Assembly: GCF_902713615.1 (NCBI RefSeq) | Contig: NW_024055478.1 | Coordinates: 802,363 to 866,362, forward strand | Origin: Scyliorhinus canicula | Lineage: Eukaryota | DNA: 64,000 bases | Direction of reading: 5' to 3' | Shown: piece after piece, positions 1 to 12,525 of the stretch | How the letters are laid out: every line of letters begins with the position of its first letter | Position numbering within the stretch: position 1 is the stretch's first letter | Notes under the pieces: model-generated | What the model was told of the DNA's origin: nothing | What the model saw: only the letters and a program-made list of their open reading frames with translations | Databases searched by the model: none | Program-made: the position numbers and the translations under genes

Positions 1-575
1 GTTATGAAGCGAGGTTGAATAAACTTGGGTTGTTTTTGCTGGAGCAGAGAAAACTGGGGGGCGTCGTGATCGAGGTGTACAAGATTATGAGGGCCATAGA
101 CAGGTTCGATAGGGAGCAGCTGTTACCCTTCGTTGAAGGGTCAGTTACATGGGGCACAAGTTCAAGGTGAGGGGCAGGGGTTTTAGGGGGGAATTGAGGA
201 AAAACGGTTTACCCAGAGGGTGTCGACACTCTGGAATGCACTGCCTGGGAGGGTGGTGAAGGTGATTTGACTCAATTCCTTTTCAAAAATACCTTGATGA
301 GCATTTAGCACGCCATAACCTTCAAGGCCACCTTCTAAGGCTTTGACAAAGGTCAGATGCTGCCAAACCTGCCAAAACAAAAAAAGTTTTTCCAGCATTT
401 TCTCTTTGCTTTCAGATTCCAGCATTCACAGTAATTTGCTTTTATAACATTCAAGGCCAAGTGCTGGCAAATAGGATTATGATTGGCAGGTCAGGGCATT
501 TCATTGTTGGTGCAGACTTGGTGGCCCGAAGGACCTCTTCTGTACTGTATTATTCTGTATTCTGAAAATGAAATT
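1..575 (+). mobile_element. CR1-type LINE 3' fragment
   Basis: Frame from nt 3 reads YEARLNKLGLFLLEQRKLGGVVIEVYKIMRG, the typical CR1 ORF2 C-terminus. It ends in a short tandem tail (ctgtactgtattattctgtattctg). A Penelope-tail-like piece interrupts it at ~335-445. Confidence 0.75.
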
Positions 576-789
576 ACATAGGTGACAGCACTATATATAA
601 AGAATATCCAAATGTTGCACTGTGCACAGATTTTTAACAAACAGACAGAGAACTGGTTGAGACCACGGCCACCAGGTTAACCAATACTGGTGTAAAATTG
701 GTCAAGAATCATAAGCAGTCCAGCCTCGTTTCACTGTAACCTCTCTCAGTCTGCCTGTCTGTGAATTTGACACGGGTGTCTTAAAGAAA

Positions 790-1121
790 TACATTGGCAT
801 TAAAGCCGCTGTCCAGTGATTTACACTGTTGTCTGACTGCATACAGCCCGTGTTACTGAAAGTATTAAAGCAGCTGCCCAGTGATCTACACTGCTGTCTG
901 ACTGTACACAGCCGGTGTTACTGAAAGTATTAAAGCTGCTGTCAGTGATCTACACTGCTGTCTGACTTTACACAGCCGGTGTTACTGAAAGTATTAAAGC
1001 AGCTGCCCAGTGATCTACACTGCTGTCTGACTGCACACAGCCCGTGTTACTGACAGTATTAAAGCAGCTGCCCAGTGATCTACACTGCTGTCTGACTGTA
1101 CACAGCCGGTGTTACTGAAAG
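790..1121. repeat. ~65-bp minisatellite, about 5 copies
   Basis: The motif tgttactga(a/c)ag recurs at 851, 916, 980, 1045 and 1110 (period 64-65). Confidence 0.9.
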
Positions 1122-1259
1122 CTGATCAATGTGGAGAATCAGGACAGGATCGATGGAGAGGAAGAGGAGGAGGTGGGGGTGGTGGAGCCGAATGGAGGAG
1201 CCCCCAGCTCGGCTGTGGACAACAAGCAACAGAAAGCTGAGACTCGGCCCTGGAATGAT

Positions 1260-4145
1260 CATTCAACCCACTCCCCCCTCCCCTCAGGCACGCACCCTCA
1301 TTTGTCCACAATCACTCGTCCACATCCTCACTCACACACCCTCATGTACAATCAGACACCCACTCTCACTCACCCTCACTCGATGACTCTCACTCACACA
1401 CCCTCACTTACCCACCCTTACTGACTCTAAATCACTCACACTCACTCACTCTCAATAAGTCACCTTCACTCACTCATTCTCACGCACGCATGCTCACTCA
1501 CTCACCCTTACTCACCCATCCTCACTCACTCACCCAACCTGACTCCCTCCTTCTCACTCACTCAACGCCACTCACTCACCCACCCTCTCTCAGTCACCTA
1601 AACTCAGTCAGCCTCACTCAAAAACTCACCGTCACTCACCTCACCCATCGTCACTCACTCATACTCACCCACCCACCCTCATATACTCACTCTCCGGGTA
1701 GCACGGTGGCCTAGTGGTTAGCACAACCGCCTCACGGCGCTGAGGTCCCAGGTTCGAATCCCGGCCCTGAGTCACTGTCTGTGTGGAGTTTGCACATTCT
1801 CCCCGTGTCTGCGTGGGTTTCACCCCCACAACCCAAAAATGTGCAGAGTAGGTGGATTGGCCACACTAAATTGCCCCTTAATTGGAAAAAATAATTGGGT
1901 AATCTAAATTTTAAAAAATATATATATATATACTCACTCTCACTCTCCTACCCTAATCACTCACACTCGCTTACCCACCCTCACTCACCCATCCTCAATC
2001 AGTCGCCCTCACTCACACACCTCACTCAGCCTCATGTACTCACCCTCACACACCCACGAACACTCACATACTCTCACTCAGTAAAACTCACTCACACCCA
2101 CCCTCATTCATTCACAATCACTCCCCTAGCCTCATTCACCCAACATCACACACTCACCCTCATTCATTATCTCTCACTCATTCACAGTTGCTCACCCTCA
2201 CTCACTGTCACACACTCCGCAACACTCACTCGCCCACCCTCACTCATTCACCCCCTCTCTCATCCAACCTCACTCAGGCACCTTCACACTCGCCCTCACG
2301 TCCCCACCCTCACACCGACAACCAGACCCTCACTCAGTCAAACTCACTCACTGAGACTCTCTCATTCACTCACTTACACCCAACCTGATTCATTCACAAT
2401 CACTCGCTCACCCTAACTCACTATCGCTCACTCACTCTCACTCACTCACACTCGCTCACTCTCACGCATGGCAATACTCAATCTCCTACCCTCACTGACT
2501 CACCCTTACTCACTCGCCTTCACATACTCTCTCTCCCTCACTCACAAGCACTCACTCACTCTCACTTAATCTCACTCATCTATCCTCACGTGCTCACCCT
2601 CACTCACCCACCCTCACTGACTCACCTACACTCACCAAAATCCACTCAACCACCCTCACCCACTCACACACCCTCGCGCATTCACTGTCACTCATTCAAT
2701 TTCACTCACTCACTTTCCATCATTCACCCTCAATCGCCCCACTCAGCCCCTCACTCTCACCCACGCTCATTCATTCACAATCATTCAAGCATCTTCATTC
2801 ATCGACCTCTCTCACCCACCAGTACTCACCCATCGTCATTCACTCATCCACACTCACCCACCCTCATTTGCCCACGCTCACCAACCATGGTCATGCACTT
2901 GCCCTCAATCACAGACCCGCACTCACTCAACCTCACTCACCCACCTACATTCACCAACCCTCACTCAGTTACTCTCATTCACACACTCTCACTCATTCTG
3001 CCTCATTCACTTTCCCTCACTTACCTACCCTCACTCCTACAAATTGATTAACTTACCCTCGCTCACCAACCCTCACTAACTTACACTCACTCATCCAGCC
3101 TCACACTCACTAACTCAAACTCACTCGTCCACCCACACTCAACTGCCCTCACTCACTCAGATTGATCCAACCTCAGTTACAGACGCTCACTGACTCACGG
3201 TCACTCACTCACCCTCACTGACACATCCTCAGTCAATAACCCTAACTCAACCAACCTTCTTGACTTACACACTTCACTCACACACAATTATCTACTTTCC
3301 CTCACCCGCTCACCCTCACTCAATCATCATTACTAACTCACCTTCTATGGTGTCCCCTCGCTCACACTCATCCTTCTCACACACAATACCTGGTTCACCC
3401 ATACTTATTCATCCACCCAAAATTAATCACCATCAATCAGTCACCCACCCTCACACACCCAACTCCACTACCCCAGCCTCATTCACTCACACTCATTCAT
3501 TCAACTCACACTCACTCACCTTCACTCATACAGGCTCACTCATTAACCCATACCCATTCACAGACCCAAATTCACACATCTTCACTCAATTTCCCTCCGT
3601 CACCCACCGATCCCCACTAACGCACCCTCATTCACTCAGATTCATTCATTCACACTCATTCGCCCAGGCTCCCCTCCCTCACTCACTGACCTCCCTTAAC
3701 TCACACTCACAATCCACGTTTACTCACTTACCTTCACTCACAGTCAACATAATTCACTCACACACCACTGACACGCCTTTGTTCGCTCTCCACCATCACT
3801 CGCCCACCCTCACTCACCCTCACTGACACACTGTCCCTCACTCTCCATCACTAATTCTCCCTCACTCAAGCACTCATCCCCACTCTCGAAACCTTACTCA
3901 CTCATCCACACTCAGCCACTCTAAGACACACTCACTCTCACTCAGCACCAAGCCGCTCATTGACTCAAACTTAATCATGCACTCATCAACCGTCACTCCC
4001 ATTCACTCACTCACCAACCCACCCTCACTAATCCACACTCACACTCGGCCACCCACATTCACGCATGCAAATTCACACACCCATCCAGCCCTTTCTCGTC
4101 CATCTTGAATAACACCCCCTACTCACTCACCCTCACCCATTTACT
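1260..4145. repeat. Long degenerate (CTCA)n/(CACT)n low-complexity tract
   Basis: ~2.9 kb dominated by ctcactcac/caccctcac words. The H/S/T/L/P-rich ORFs here are repeat artefacts. Confidence 0.9.
1696..1920 (+). mobile_element. tRNA-derived SINE (HE1/V-SINE-like), short form
   Basis: A-box-like ggtggcctagtggttagc and B-box ggttcgaatccc, then gtgtggagtttgcacattctcccc and ggtggattggcca..ctaaattgccc, shared with the other SINE copies in the window. Confidence 0.8.
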
Positions 4146-4149
4146 GACT

Positions 4150-4900
4150 TGACCTCTCTCATTCTCGTTCACTAAATGGACGGCAGGAGGTGTGTAACGT
4201 GAGAGTAAGTGAGAACTGGTGCGAGACCTGAGAACGAGTGGCACCTGATCGTGGATGCCTGATGAGGGAGCAGCTAGAGCGGGAAGAAAGGCCCGAGAGT
4301 CGGGGAACATACAGAGAGCCGGGGAGGAGGGGGACCAGAAAGCGGGAAGGAGATGCCAGGGGCGGGGAAGGGGCTGAGGAATGACAAAGAGGCGTGAAAA
4401 AGTGTAGAGGAACCATCAGAGAGCCGGGGGCCAATGCAAAGAGCCGCGGGAAATGCAGAGAGTCGGCAGAAACTGCCAGGGGCAGGGGTTGGGGAAAATG
4501 GCAAAGAGGAGTGAGAAAGCTTATAGACAATGACTGAAATCCATGGACTAGCGCAGAGAGTTCGGCAGAGAGCTTGGAGAAAAGCAGAGAGAGAGAGCCT
4601 GGGAAAAGGAGAGAGCTAGCAAGAGTAGTGAGCTTGGAAAATGGGCAACGAGACCAGTGCAAAGAGTGACAAGAAAGGGCAGGGAGCCAGGAAAAAACGC
4701 CGAATGTTGGGGAAAGTGTCAGGAATCGGAGTAAAGCGCAAAGAGCTGAGGAAAAGTGCACAGAGCCAGCGAACAGTCTCGGGAGCCAAAACAGAGCAAA
4801 GAACCTGGTGAAGTACAGAGCAGCTGGGCAAATTAGAGAGGCTGAGGAAAGTTCAAAAAGTTGCAAAAAACGCAGAGAGCCAGGAAAGGGACAGGCATCC
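4150..4900. repeat. Purine-rich degenerate repeat (gcagagagcc-like words)
   Basis: Strongly G+A-biased + strand with recurring agagagcc/gagagc/ggaaa words, starting abruptly after the C-rich tract. Confidence 0.65.
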
Positions 4901-5551
4901 TGGGGGGAGGCCAGAAACCTCGTTATCGGGGAAAGCAGAATGTGGAATTCACCCGATATTCAGCTCTGCCATCGTCTTACTGAATAGCAGAGGAGGCCTG
5001 CACATTCCTGCTGTTAATGTGCTTGATCCTATGATTGGAGAATCTTGGAGTTACTGGAACTTTTACTCAAAAGCAGATTTTTAAAGGCATTATGTAAGTG
5101 CTGGAAGGTATTTCTGAAGCAAAGTCGCTATTTTTTGTTTTGGGGAGTGGGGGTAGTGAGGTGGAGAGAGGAGGGGGCATCAGTCAGTTTGAAACGGGCA
5201 ATTTCCAAAACTGCAATGATAGAAATGAAGAGACAACTTCTTTAACACGAAGTGCTGTTGATGGAGAAATAAAGGAAACCCTTTGCTATTCTATTTTATG
5301 AAATGAAGGTACGTCATTCGGATCACATCCAAATGTTAAATTTCTGTAATGCCATAGAGAGGGATCAAAGGATGTGAGTTTCTAAAGAGAGAATATCTCA
5401 AATGATAGAACTAATAGAAGTTCATATATGGATCCAGGTTTTAATGGAAAAATATAAGGATAATTTTGTAACCGTACCCAAATTCTAAGGTGTGTGATAC
5501 CTCAGCACAAGTAGCAGAGTCTAACTTGTTGAATGGGCCATTCTCTCCCAG

Positions 5552-5851
5552 CGACACCGTCCCAGCCCACTCTGTACAGCCTGGTCTCCTCCTGTCAGCA
5601 ACACAACACCGATGGCTCCGTGACCTACGGCTGTTTGGCGATGGACTACTCCCCAGAAATCACCAGCCTTACCTGGAAGAAAGATGGGCAGCCGATCACC
5701 ACTGGAGTTAAGAAATACCCGTCAGTGAGAAACAAGAAGGGAACCTACACCCTGAGCAGCCAGTTATCCATCACCGAGTCAGAGGGGGGATGCAGCAAAA
5801 TCAGCTGTGAGGTTCGACACAGCGCCTCAGACAAGAGCATTGGAATGACAT
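5552..5851 (+). CDS. IGHM: IgM heavy chain constant exon CH1 (Cmu1)
   Basis: Acceptor ctctcccag at 5551 and donor gtaagt at 5852, both phase 1. Reads (A)[14 protein letters not shown]...[10 protein letters not shown]...LTWKKDG...YTLSSQL...ISCEVRH, a C1-set Ig domain with the light-chain-linking Cys. Confidence 0.93.
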
Positions 5852-6058
5852 GTAAGTGTTGTGGAAACTGTGAGAATCAGAAACCTATGATTACCTTGTA
5901 TAGGGTCTTGCATATAACTAATTTTAATACTCTGCATATCCCTGATCCCTGGAAAACCCAGCTTTGTGTCTAATGACCACAAACATGTTTTAAAGCATAT
6001 GAACTCATTTTGTTTGTCAATTTCTTCTGCAAGAAATATCTAATTGTGTTTCTTGAAG

Positions 6059-6367
6059 GTCCCAGAATTTATGCTCCAAATGTTCTCCTCGCCGTGAGTT
6101 CCAGTGAAGAAATCGCAAGACAGAAATTTGCAACCATCGTCTGTTCAATTAACGATTTCCGTCCAAAGTCAATGACGGTGAAGTGGCTGAAGAATGGACA
6201 AGCCATGGGTTCAGGAATTCTCACCTCTCCCGCCTGTGAAGTGAATGGGAACTTCTCGGCGAGCAGTCTGCTGACAGTCTCCGCTGGGGAATGGTTCAGC
6301 AAAGCGGTCTATACCTGCCAGGTCATTCATCGAGGGGTCACCCAAAGTCACAACATCACCGCGTCTG
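6059..6367 (+). CDS. IGHM: IgM constant exon CH2
   Basis: AG at 6057-6058 and GTAAGA at 6368, phase 1. [13 protein letters not shown]...KWLKNG...FSASSLLTV...[14 protein letters not shown]. Confidence 0.93.
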
Positions 6368-6997
6368 GTAAGAGACACAAACAGAGGAAACAGTAAATCA
6401 TCCTGCATTCTGATGTTAATCCAAATCAGGAATTTATTAAAGTTGGTACAAAGCACAGAATAATTTATAATTTCATGCCACGTAGTTTGTGTTTCATTCT
6501 GATGTGAGAACTGCATTTGGATGCTCACCATTCAGGATTTGATCAGTATAGAAATACATGATTCCCTCTAATTTGAAATCATTTAGTGAGTGAGCTGGAC
6601 TTGATATCAGCTTTATCCTGAGACAGCTGATTATATTTGAGAGGCAGTGGGTGACTGGAACCCCTTACTGATAACAGCTCCGGGGTAAAGTGTTGGAAAG
6701 TTCATTCAACTTATTTATAAAGCAGCCTTCCGTATTAGGTTTCTGAGTTCAGTACTAGAATATTTGTATTGGGAATGCTTCAATACTGATTCATTAGAAT
6801 GGCATCGGTGCTGATTGTATTTCACAATGAGAATAGTTTACACTGACCAAACTGGTTTTCCATTGTGTATCGAAGATTAAAGGCGATCATTAGAAGTTTC
6901 GAAGTTGATTTATTCCCATTTAGAGAGTGAAGTCTGAATCCTCCTGTCCTGATTCTGAAGATGAAACTTGTGTTGATTTTCATGTTTTCATTCACAG

Positions 6998-7306
6998 ATC
7001 CTTCCCTTTGCACTGTTACCTCAGTAACAATACTGCCACCGCCAATAGAACAGGTCTTACTGGAGGCGACTGTAACCTTAACCTGCGTCATTTCGAATGC
7101 TCCTTATGGAGTCAACGTGTCCTGGAGTGAAGCAAAGAAGCCGCTGAAATCAGAGATTGCCGACCAGCCTGGGGCAGATACTGAGAGCGTGGTCAGCAAA
7201 TTAAACATCTCGACACAAGCCTGGCTGAGTGGGGCTGTGTTTGACTGTGTGGCGAACCATCAGGACCTGCCAACTCCTTTAAGAATTTCAATTCACAAAA
7301 AAATAG
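6998..7306 (+). CDS. IGHM: IgM constant exon CH3
   Basis: Acceptor ttcacag at 6997 and donor gtgagc at 7307, phase 1. [23 protein letters not shown]...VSWS...[28 protein letters not shown]. Confidence 0.93.
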
Positions 7307-8065
7307 GTGAGCGGTGAAACTGAAGCAAGAAGTGAGTCATTGTGTCTATTTCTAGTGTCAGTGCAGCAGTCAGTATTTAGCATTCAGTGTATTTATTGTC
7401 CATTCTGGTTGGTAATTCCACTAACTAAATACTCTGGGCATTTAGAGTTTAAGGGGGAAATTGATATGCAGGTGAATGAACAATCAATTAAAAGCAGTGA
7501 TATTTGGTTTAAATGGAGCGAGACCATAGACCACAAGACTTAGGAGCAGATGTAGGCCATTGAGCCCATCAATACCGGTCCAGCCTTCAGTGAGATCCTG
7601 ACTGATCTGATGTGACAACCTTCAACTCCTCTTTCCCGCCTTATCCCCATATCTCTTGAAGCCTTTACTGATTTAAAATATGTCTCTCTCAACCTTGAAC
7701 GTACTGACTGACCCAGAAACTACAGCCCCCTGCGTTAAATAATTCCTCAGCTTCACTAGCCTCTGAGAGAGGAAATTCTTTCTCATCTCTTTTTTTTTAA
7801 TAAACAATTTTATTGAGGTAGTGTTTGGCTTTGTAAACAGTTACAGACAACAACAGAAAGAAAGCAAAAAAGGCAACAATGTGCAAACATCCACGTACAT
7901 TCAATACACCAGTCGTAACCTACTGCGCAAGCCAGCTCCTCTCCCACCGGTACTACCCGCCAATTTATCCCTCCTACTCTACTCCACTCTACCCGCCCCC
8001 CCTCCCCCCACTTCCCCCCCCCTCCCCCCCCCTCCCCCGCACCCATCCCCTCCCCGTGCTGACGC

Positions 8066-11000
8066 TCACACTCCCGCAAAGAAGTCAATAAATGGTTGCC
8101 ACCATCGGGCGAACCCCTGTACAGATCCCCTCAAGGCGAACTTAATTTTTTCCATACCCAGGAAACACGACGTGTCTGCAAGCCACAACTCAGTCTTTGG
8201 GGGCTTTGAGTCCCTCCATGCCAATAGTATTCGGCGCCGGGCTATCAGGGAAGCAAAGGCCAAAACATCGGCCTCTTTCTCACCCTGGACTCCCGGATCT
8301 TCCGAAACCCCAAAAATTGCCACCCCTGGACCCATCGCCACCCTTGTTTTTAGCACCAGGGACATGACGCCCGCAAATCCCTCCCAGTACCCCCTAAGCT
8401 TAGGGCATGCCCAAAACATGAGCACGTGGTTCGCTGGTCCTCCTGCACACCTAGCGCATTTGTCTTCTATCCCAAAGAATTTGCTCATCCGAGCCACCGT
8501 CATGTGGGCCCGGTGAACGACCTTAAATTGAATCAGGCCGAGCCTGGCACATGTTGCGGTCGAATTTACCCTACTCAAGGCTTCTGCCCACAGCCCATCC
8601 TCCATTTCCCTGCCAAGCTCCTCTTCCTATTTGAGTTTCAGCTCCTCCGTCTGGGACCCCTCCTCCCTCATGAGCACCTTATAAGTGTCAGAGACTCTAC
8701 CCTCCCCTTCTTCCCCCCTAGAGATTATTCTGTCTTGGATCCCCATTGGTGGGAGGCGTGGGAAGGATGGGACCTGTCTACGGACAAAGTCCCGCAACTG
8801 TAGGTACCTAAAATAATTTCCCCTTACCAGACCAAATTTCTCCTCCAAGCTCCTCAAACTCGCAAAGCTCCCTTCCAGGAACATATCGCCCACCCTCCCC
8901 ACCCGCCGCCATGCTCGAAACCCCCCATCCATACTCCCAGGGGCAAACCGATGGTTGTCGCAGATTGGCGCCCAGACAGATGCCCCCATCTCCCCCACAT
9001 GCCTCCTCCACTGGCCCCATATCCGCTGGGTCGCTACCACTACCGGGCTGGTGGAGTACCTGGCCGGTGGCAGTGGTAGAGGGCTGCCAAGCTGGAGCCC
9101 CTGCACGAAGCCGCCTCAACCCGCTCCCAGATAGACCCCGTACCCACCATCCACTTCCTGATCATAGCGATGTTGGCCGCCCAGTAATAATTAATCAGAC
9201 TTGGCAAAGCCAGCCCTCCCTCGCTGCGGTTCCTCCTCAGCATCGCCTTCTTCACCCGTGGGGATTTTCCCTCCCAGACTAAGCTCATGATCATCCTGTT
9301 AACTCTTCTGAAGAAGGACTGTGGGACAATGTTCGGGAGGCACTGAAAAACAAATAGGAATCTAGGGAGGATTGTCATCTTTACAGTCTGCACCCTCCCT
9401 GCCAGCGACAGCGGGAGTGCATCCCATCTCCGAAACTCTCCCTTCATTTGTTCCACCACTCTGGCCAAATTTAACTTGTGCAGCCTACCCCAGTCTCGCG
9501 CCACCTGGATTCCAAAGTACCGGGAATTGTCCTTAACCAGCCTAAACGGTAGCCCTCTCAATCTGTTCTCCTGGCCCCTTGCCTGTACCACAAACATTTC
9601 ACTCTTGGCCATATTTAATTTGTATCCTGAAAACTGGCCGAATTTCCTCAACATTTCCAGTATATTTCCCATCCTGGCCACTGGGTCCGACACGTACAGG
9701 AGCAGGTCGTCCATATAAAGAGAGACCCTATGTTCTACCCCGCCCCTCACCATCCCCTTCCATCCCTCTGCGGCTCTCAGCGCAATCGCCAGCGGCTCTA
9801 TGGCCAGCACAAACAGCAGCGGGGAGAGCGGGCAGCCCTGTCTGGTCCCTCGGTACAACCTAAAGTACTCCGACACTTCTCTGTTAGTCCTGATGCTGGC
9901 CTTTGGGGCCTGATATAATAATTTGATCCAATTTACCTGTCCCTCCCTGAATCCAAACCGTCCGAGCACCTCCCATAGATAGTCCCACTCCACCCGGTCA
10001 AAGGCCTTCTCAGCGTCCATCGCCACCACTACCTCCACCTCCCGCCGGGGGCATAATTATCACATTAAGTAATCTTCTCAGGTTGGCCGCCAGCTGCCTA
10101 CCTTTCACGAACCCAGTTTGGTCCTCCCCAAACCCCTCTGGTACGCCAGTACCTTTGCCAGGAGCTTGGCATCAACATTAATCAGGGAGATTGGCCTGTA
10201 GGACCCACACACCTCAGGGTCTTTACCCCGCTTCAATATCACTGATATCGTGGCTTGCGACATTGTCGGCGGCAGGGTCCCTCTGTCCCTTGCCTCATTG
10301 AAAACCCTCGCCAAAACCGGGCCCAAGCAGCTCTGAGAACTTCCTATAGAACTCTGCTGGATATCCATCCGGCCCCAGGGCTTTCCCCGACTGCATGGCC
10401 TTTAGCCCCCCCCCCCCCCCCCCCCCCCAATACCTCCTCTACTATAATCGGGCCCCCAGCTCATCCACTCGCCCCGCACTTACTGTTGGGAATGCTAACC
10501 CATCCAGAAACCTTTTCATCTCCTCCGGTTCTTCCGGCAGCTCCGAAGTATACAGCTGGCGATAGAAGTCCCGGAATACCTTATTTAAACGTGCCGGGAC
10601 CTCCATTTTGCGCTCCTCCCCATCCATCACTCTACTTATTTCCCTGGCCGCCTCCCTCTTCCTGAGTTGCTGTGCTAACAGTCTGCTAGCCTTTTCCCCA
10701 TGCTCGTACACCACTCCCCTCGCCTTCCTAAGCCGTTCCACGGGCCTACTCGTGGATAGTGCCCCCAGTTCCACCTGTAGTCTCTGCCTCTCCCTGAGTA
10801 AAACCTCCCCCAGGGACTCCGCGTGTTCTTCATCTATCCAACCCATTTCACTGACCAATCTATCCATCTCTGCCCGGTCTGCCTTGGCTCTGTGGGCCCC
10901 AATTGAAATCAGCTCCCCCCGCACTACTGCCTTTAGTGCTCGCCGCTGAGACCTCCCCCGTGTCATTCACCTGCAAGTAATTTTGCATACACCTCCGAAG

Positions 11001-11843
11001 CCTCTCACAGATCCCTCCTCCGACAGCAGTCCCACGTCTAGCCTCCATTGCGGGCGTTGGTAGTTCGCCCCCGCCCCCCCCCCCCCCGATCAGCAGATCT
11101 ACCCAGTGCGGGGCATGGTCTGAGATAGTAATTGCCGAGTATTCCGTGTTCTTTACCTCCCCTATACAATCCCTGCTTAGTACGAAGAAATCTATCCTAG
11201 AATATACTTTATGGACGTGCAAGTAAAACGAGTAGCCCCTTCCTGTCGGCTGTCTGGCTCTCCAGGGGTCCACTGCCCCCATTTGCTCCACAAACCCTTT
11301 CAGCTCCCTTGCCACTGCTGGGAGTCTACCTGTTCTGGGACACGACCGATCCAAAACTGGGTCAAGGACCATGTTAAAGTCCCCCCTGCCCCCATTATTA
11401 CCCTGTGAGAGTCCAGGTCCAGGATCTTCCCCAGCACTCTTTTAATGAAGTCCACGTCATCCCAGTTCGGGGCATATATATTCACCAGCACCACTCTTCT
11501 CCCCTCCAATCTGCTCCGCACCATCAGGTATCTGCCCCCTCCCCTGTCTGCGGCTATGCCTCCGCCTCAAATTGCACCCGATTGTTGATCATGATTGCTA
11601 CCCCCCTGGACTTCAAGTCCAAGTCCGAGTGGAAGATTTGGCTAATCCAGCCCTTCCTTAGCCTGGTCTGGTCAGACACTTTCAGATGTGTCTCCTGCAA
11701 CATAATTACATCCGCCCTCAGAGCCCACAAGTGCGCAAACACCCGCGCCCTCTTGAACGGCCCATTCAGTCCCCTGACATTCCAGGTGACCAGCCTGTTT
11801 GGGAGGCACAAACCCCCCCCCCCCCCCCACGCTGGTCAGCCAT
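8066..11843 (-). pseudogene. L1-type ORF2 (APE endonuclease, RT, C-terminal Cys-rich region), frameshifted
   Basis: EN motifs LVTWNVRGLN, MLQETH, LVNIYAPN, YSRIDF, SDHAP. RT motifs YRPISLINVDAK, DAEKAFDRV, GTRQGCPLSPLLF, LYMDD. C-terminal CARC...MFWAC. Spread over several frames; probable ATG at 11843. Confidence 0.9.
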
Positions 11844-12525
11844 AGCCTTTCTCGGACCGGCCCCCGGCCCGTGCGTCGCACCATAATTGGCCCGCCTGTT
11901 GGCTGCCTCCACCCTCGACCTCCTTTCCAGTACCTATTTCAAGTCCCTCCCACATCAGCAGAACAACTCCCCTCCCCCCACCTAACAACATCCCGATACC
12001 CCCACCCCTGCCATCCACTGGCTGTGATCTCCCCCCCCCCCCACCTGACTCCCTTGACTAGCCAATCTGCTAGCCCGGTGACTCATCACTTCGGCGCCCT
12101 CCTGTCTCATTCCCATTGTTTCGCCGTCCTCATCCCCACTCCCCGGTGCCCCATCCCCCTCTCCAACCCACTGGAGCAAACTCACTGGCACAGGAAGGCA
12201 TGGACATCAACAAAACAAAACCCCCCCAACCCACATCCTCCCCCCCCCCCCTTGCTGACCGGCCCCCCCTTCATTACCGTGCCAGCTCCTGTGTCCTCCG
12301 CGAGCCGCACAAAAAGAAAAAATCCGCCCGAAAAGGAAGAAACAGAAAAAAGAGGAAAAAATAAAAACACGAGGAGAAAAAAACAAAAAACAAACCAGTG
12401 TCCATGAACAAAGGAAAGAGTCCCAAATGTTCCGCTTGGCACCGTTGGCCCAGCAAACCATTGAACAGCAGTCCAGGCCCATTCGGCGTAACTTCCCACG
12501 GTAATCCTCGGGCCCTAATCCACGC

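Noticed and set aside
1126-1260. Unique island reading VENQDRIDGEEEEEVGVVEPNGG... as a possible exon
   Set aside because: No convincing splice sites or recognisable homology; the frame runs into simple repeat.
1490-3826. Long H/S/T/L/P-rich ORFs
   Set aside because: They are translations of the (CTCA)n tract, which lacks stops on this strand.
1-5551. JH, D or VH segments upstream of Cmu1
   Set aside because: No WGxG-type J exon or convincing RSS pair was found by eye; they presumably lie upstream of the window.
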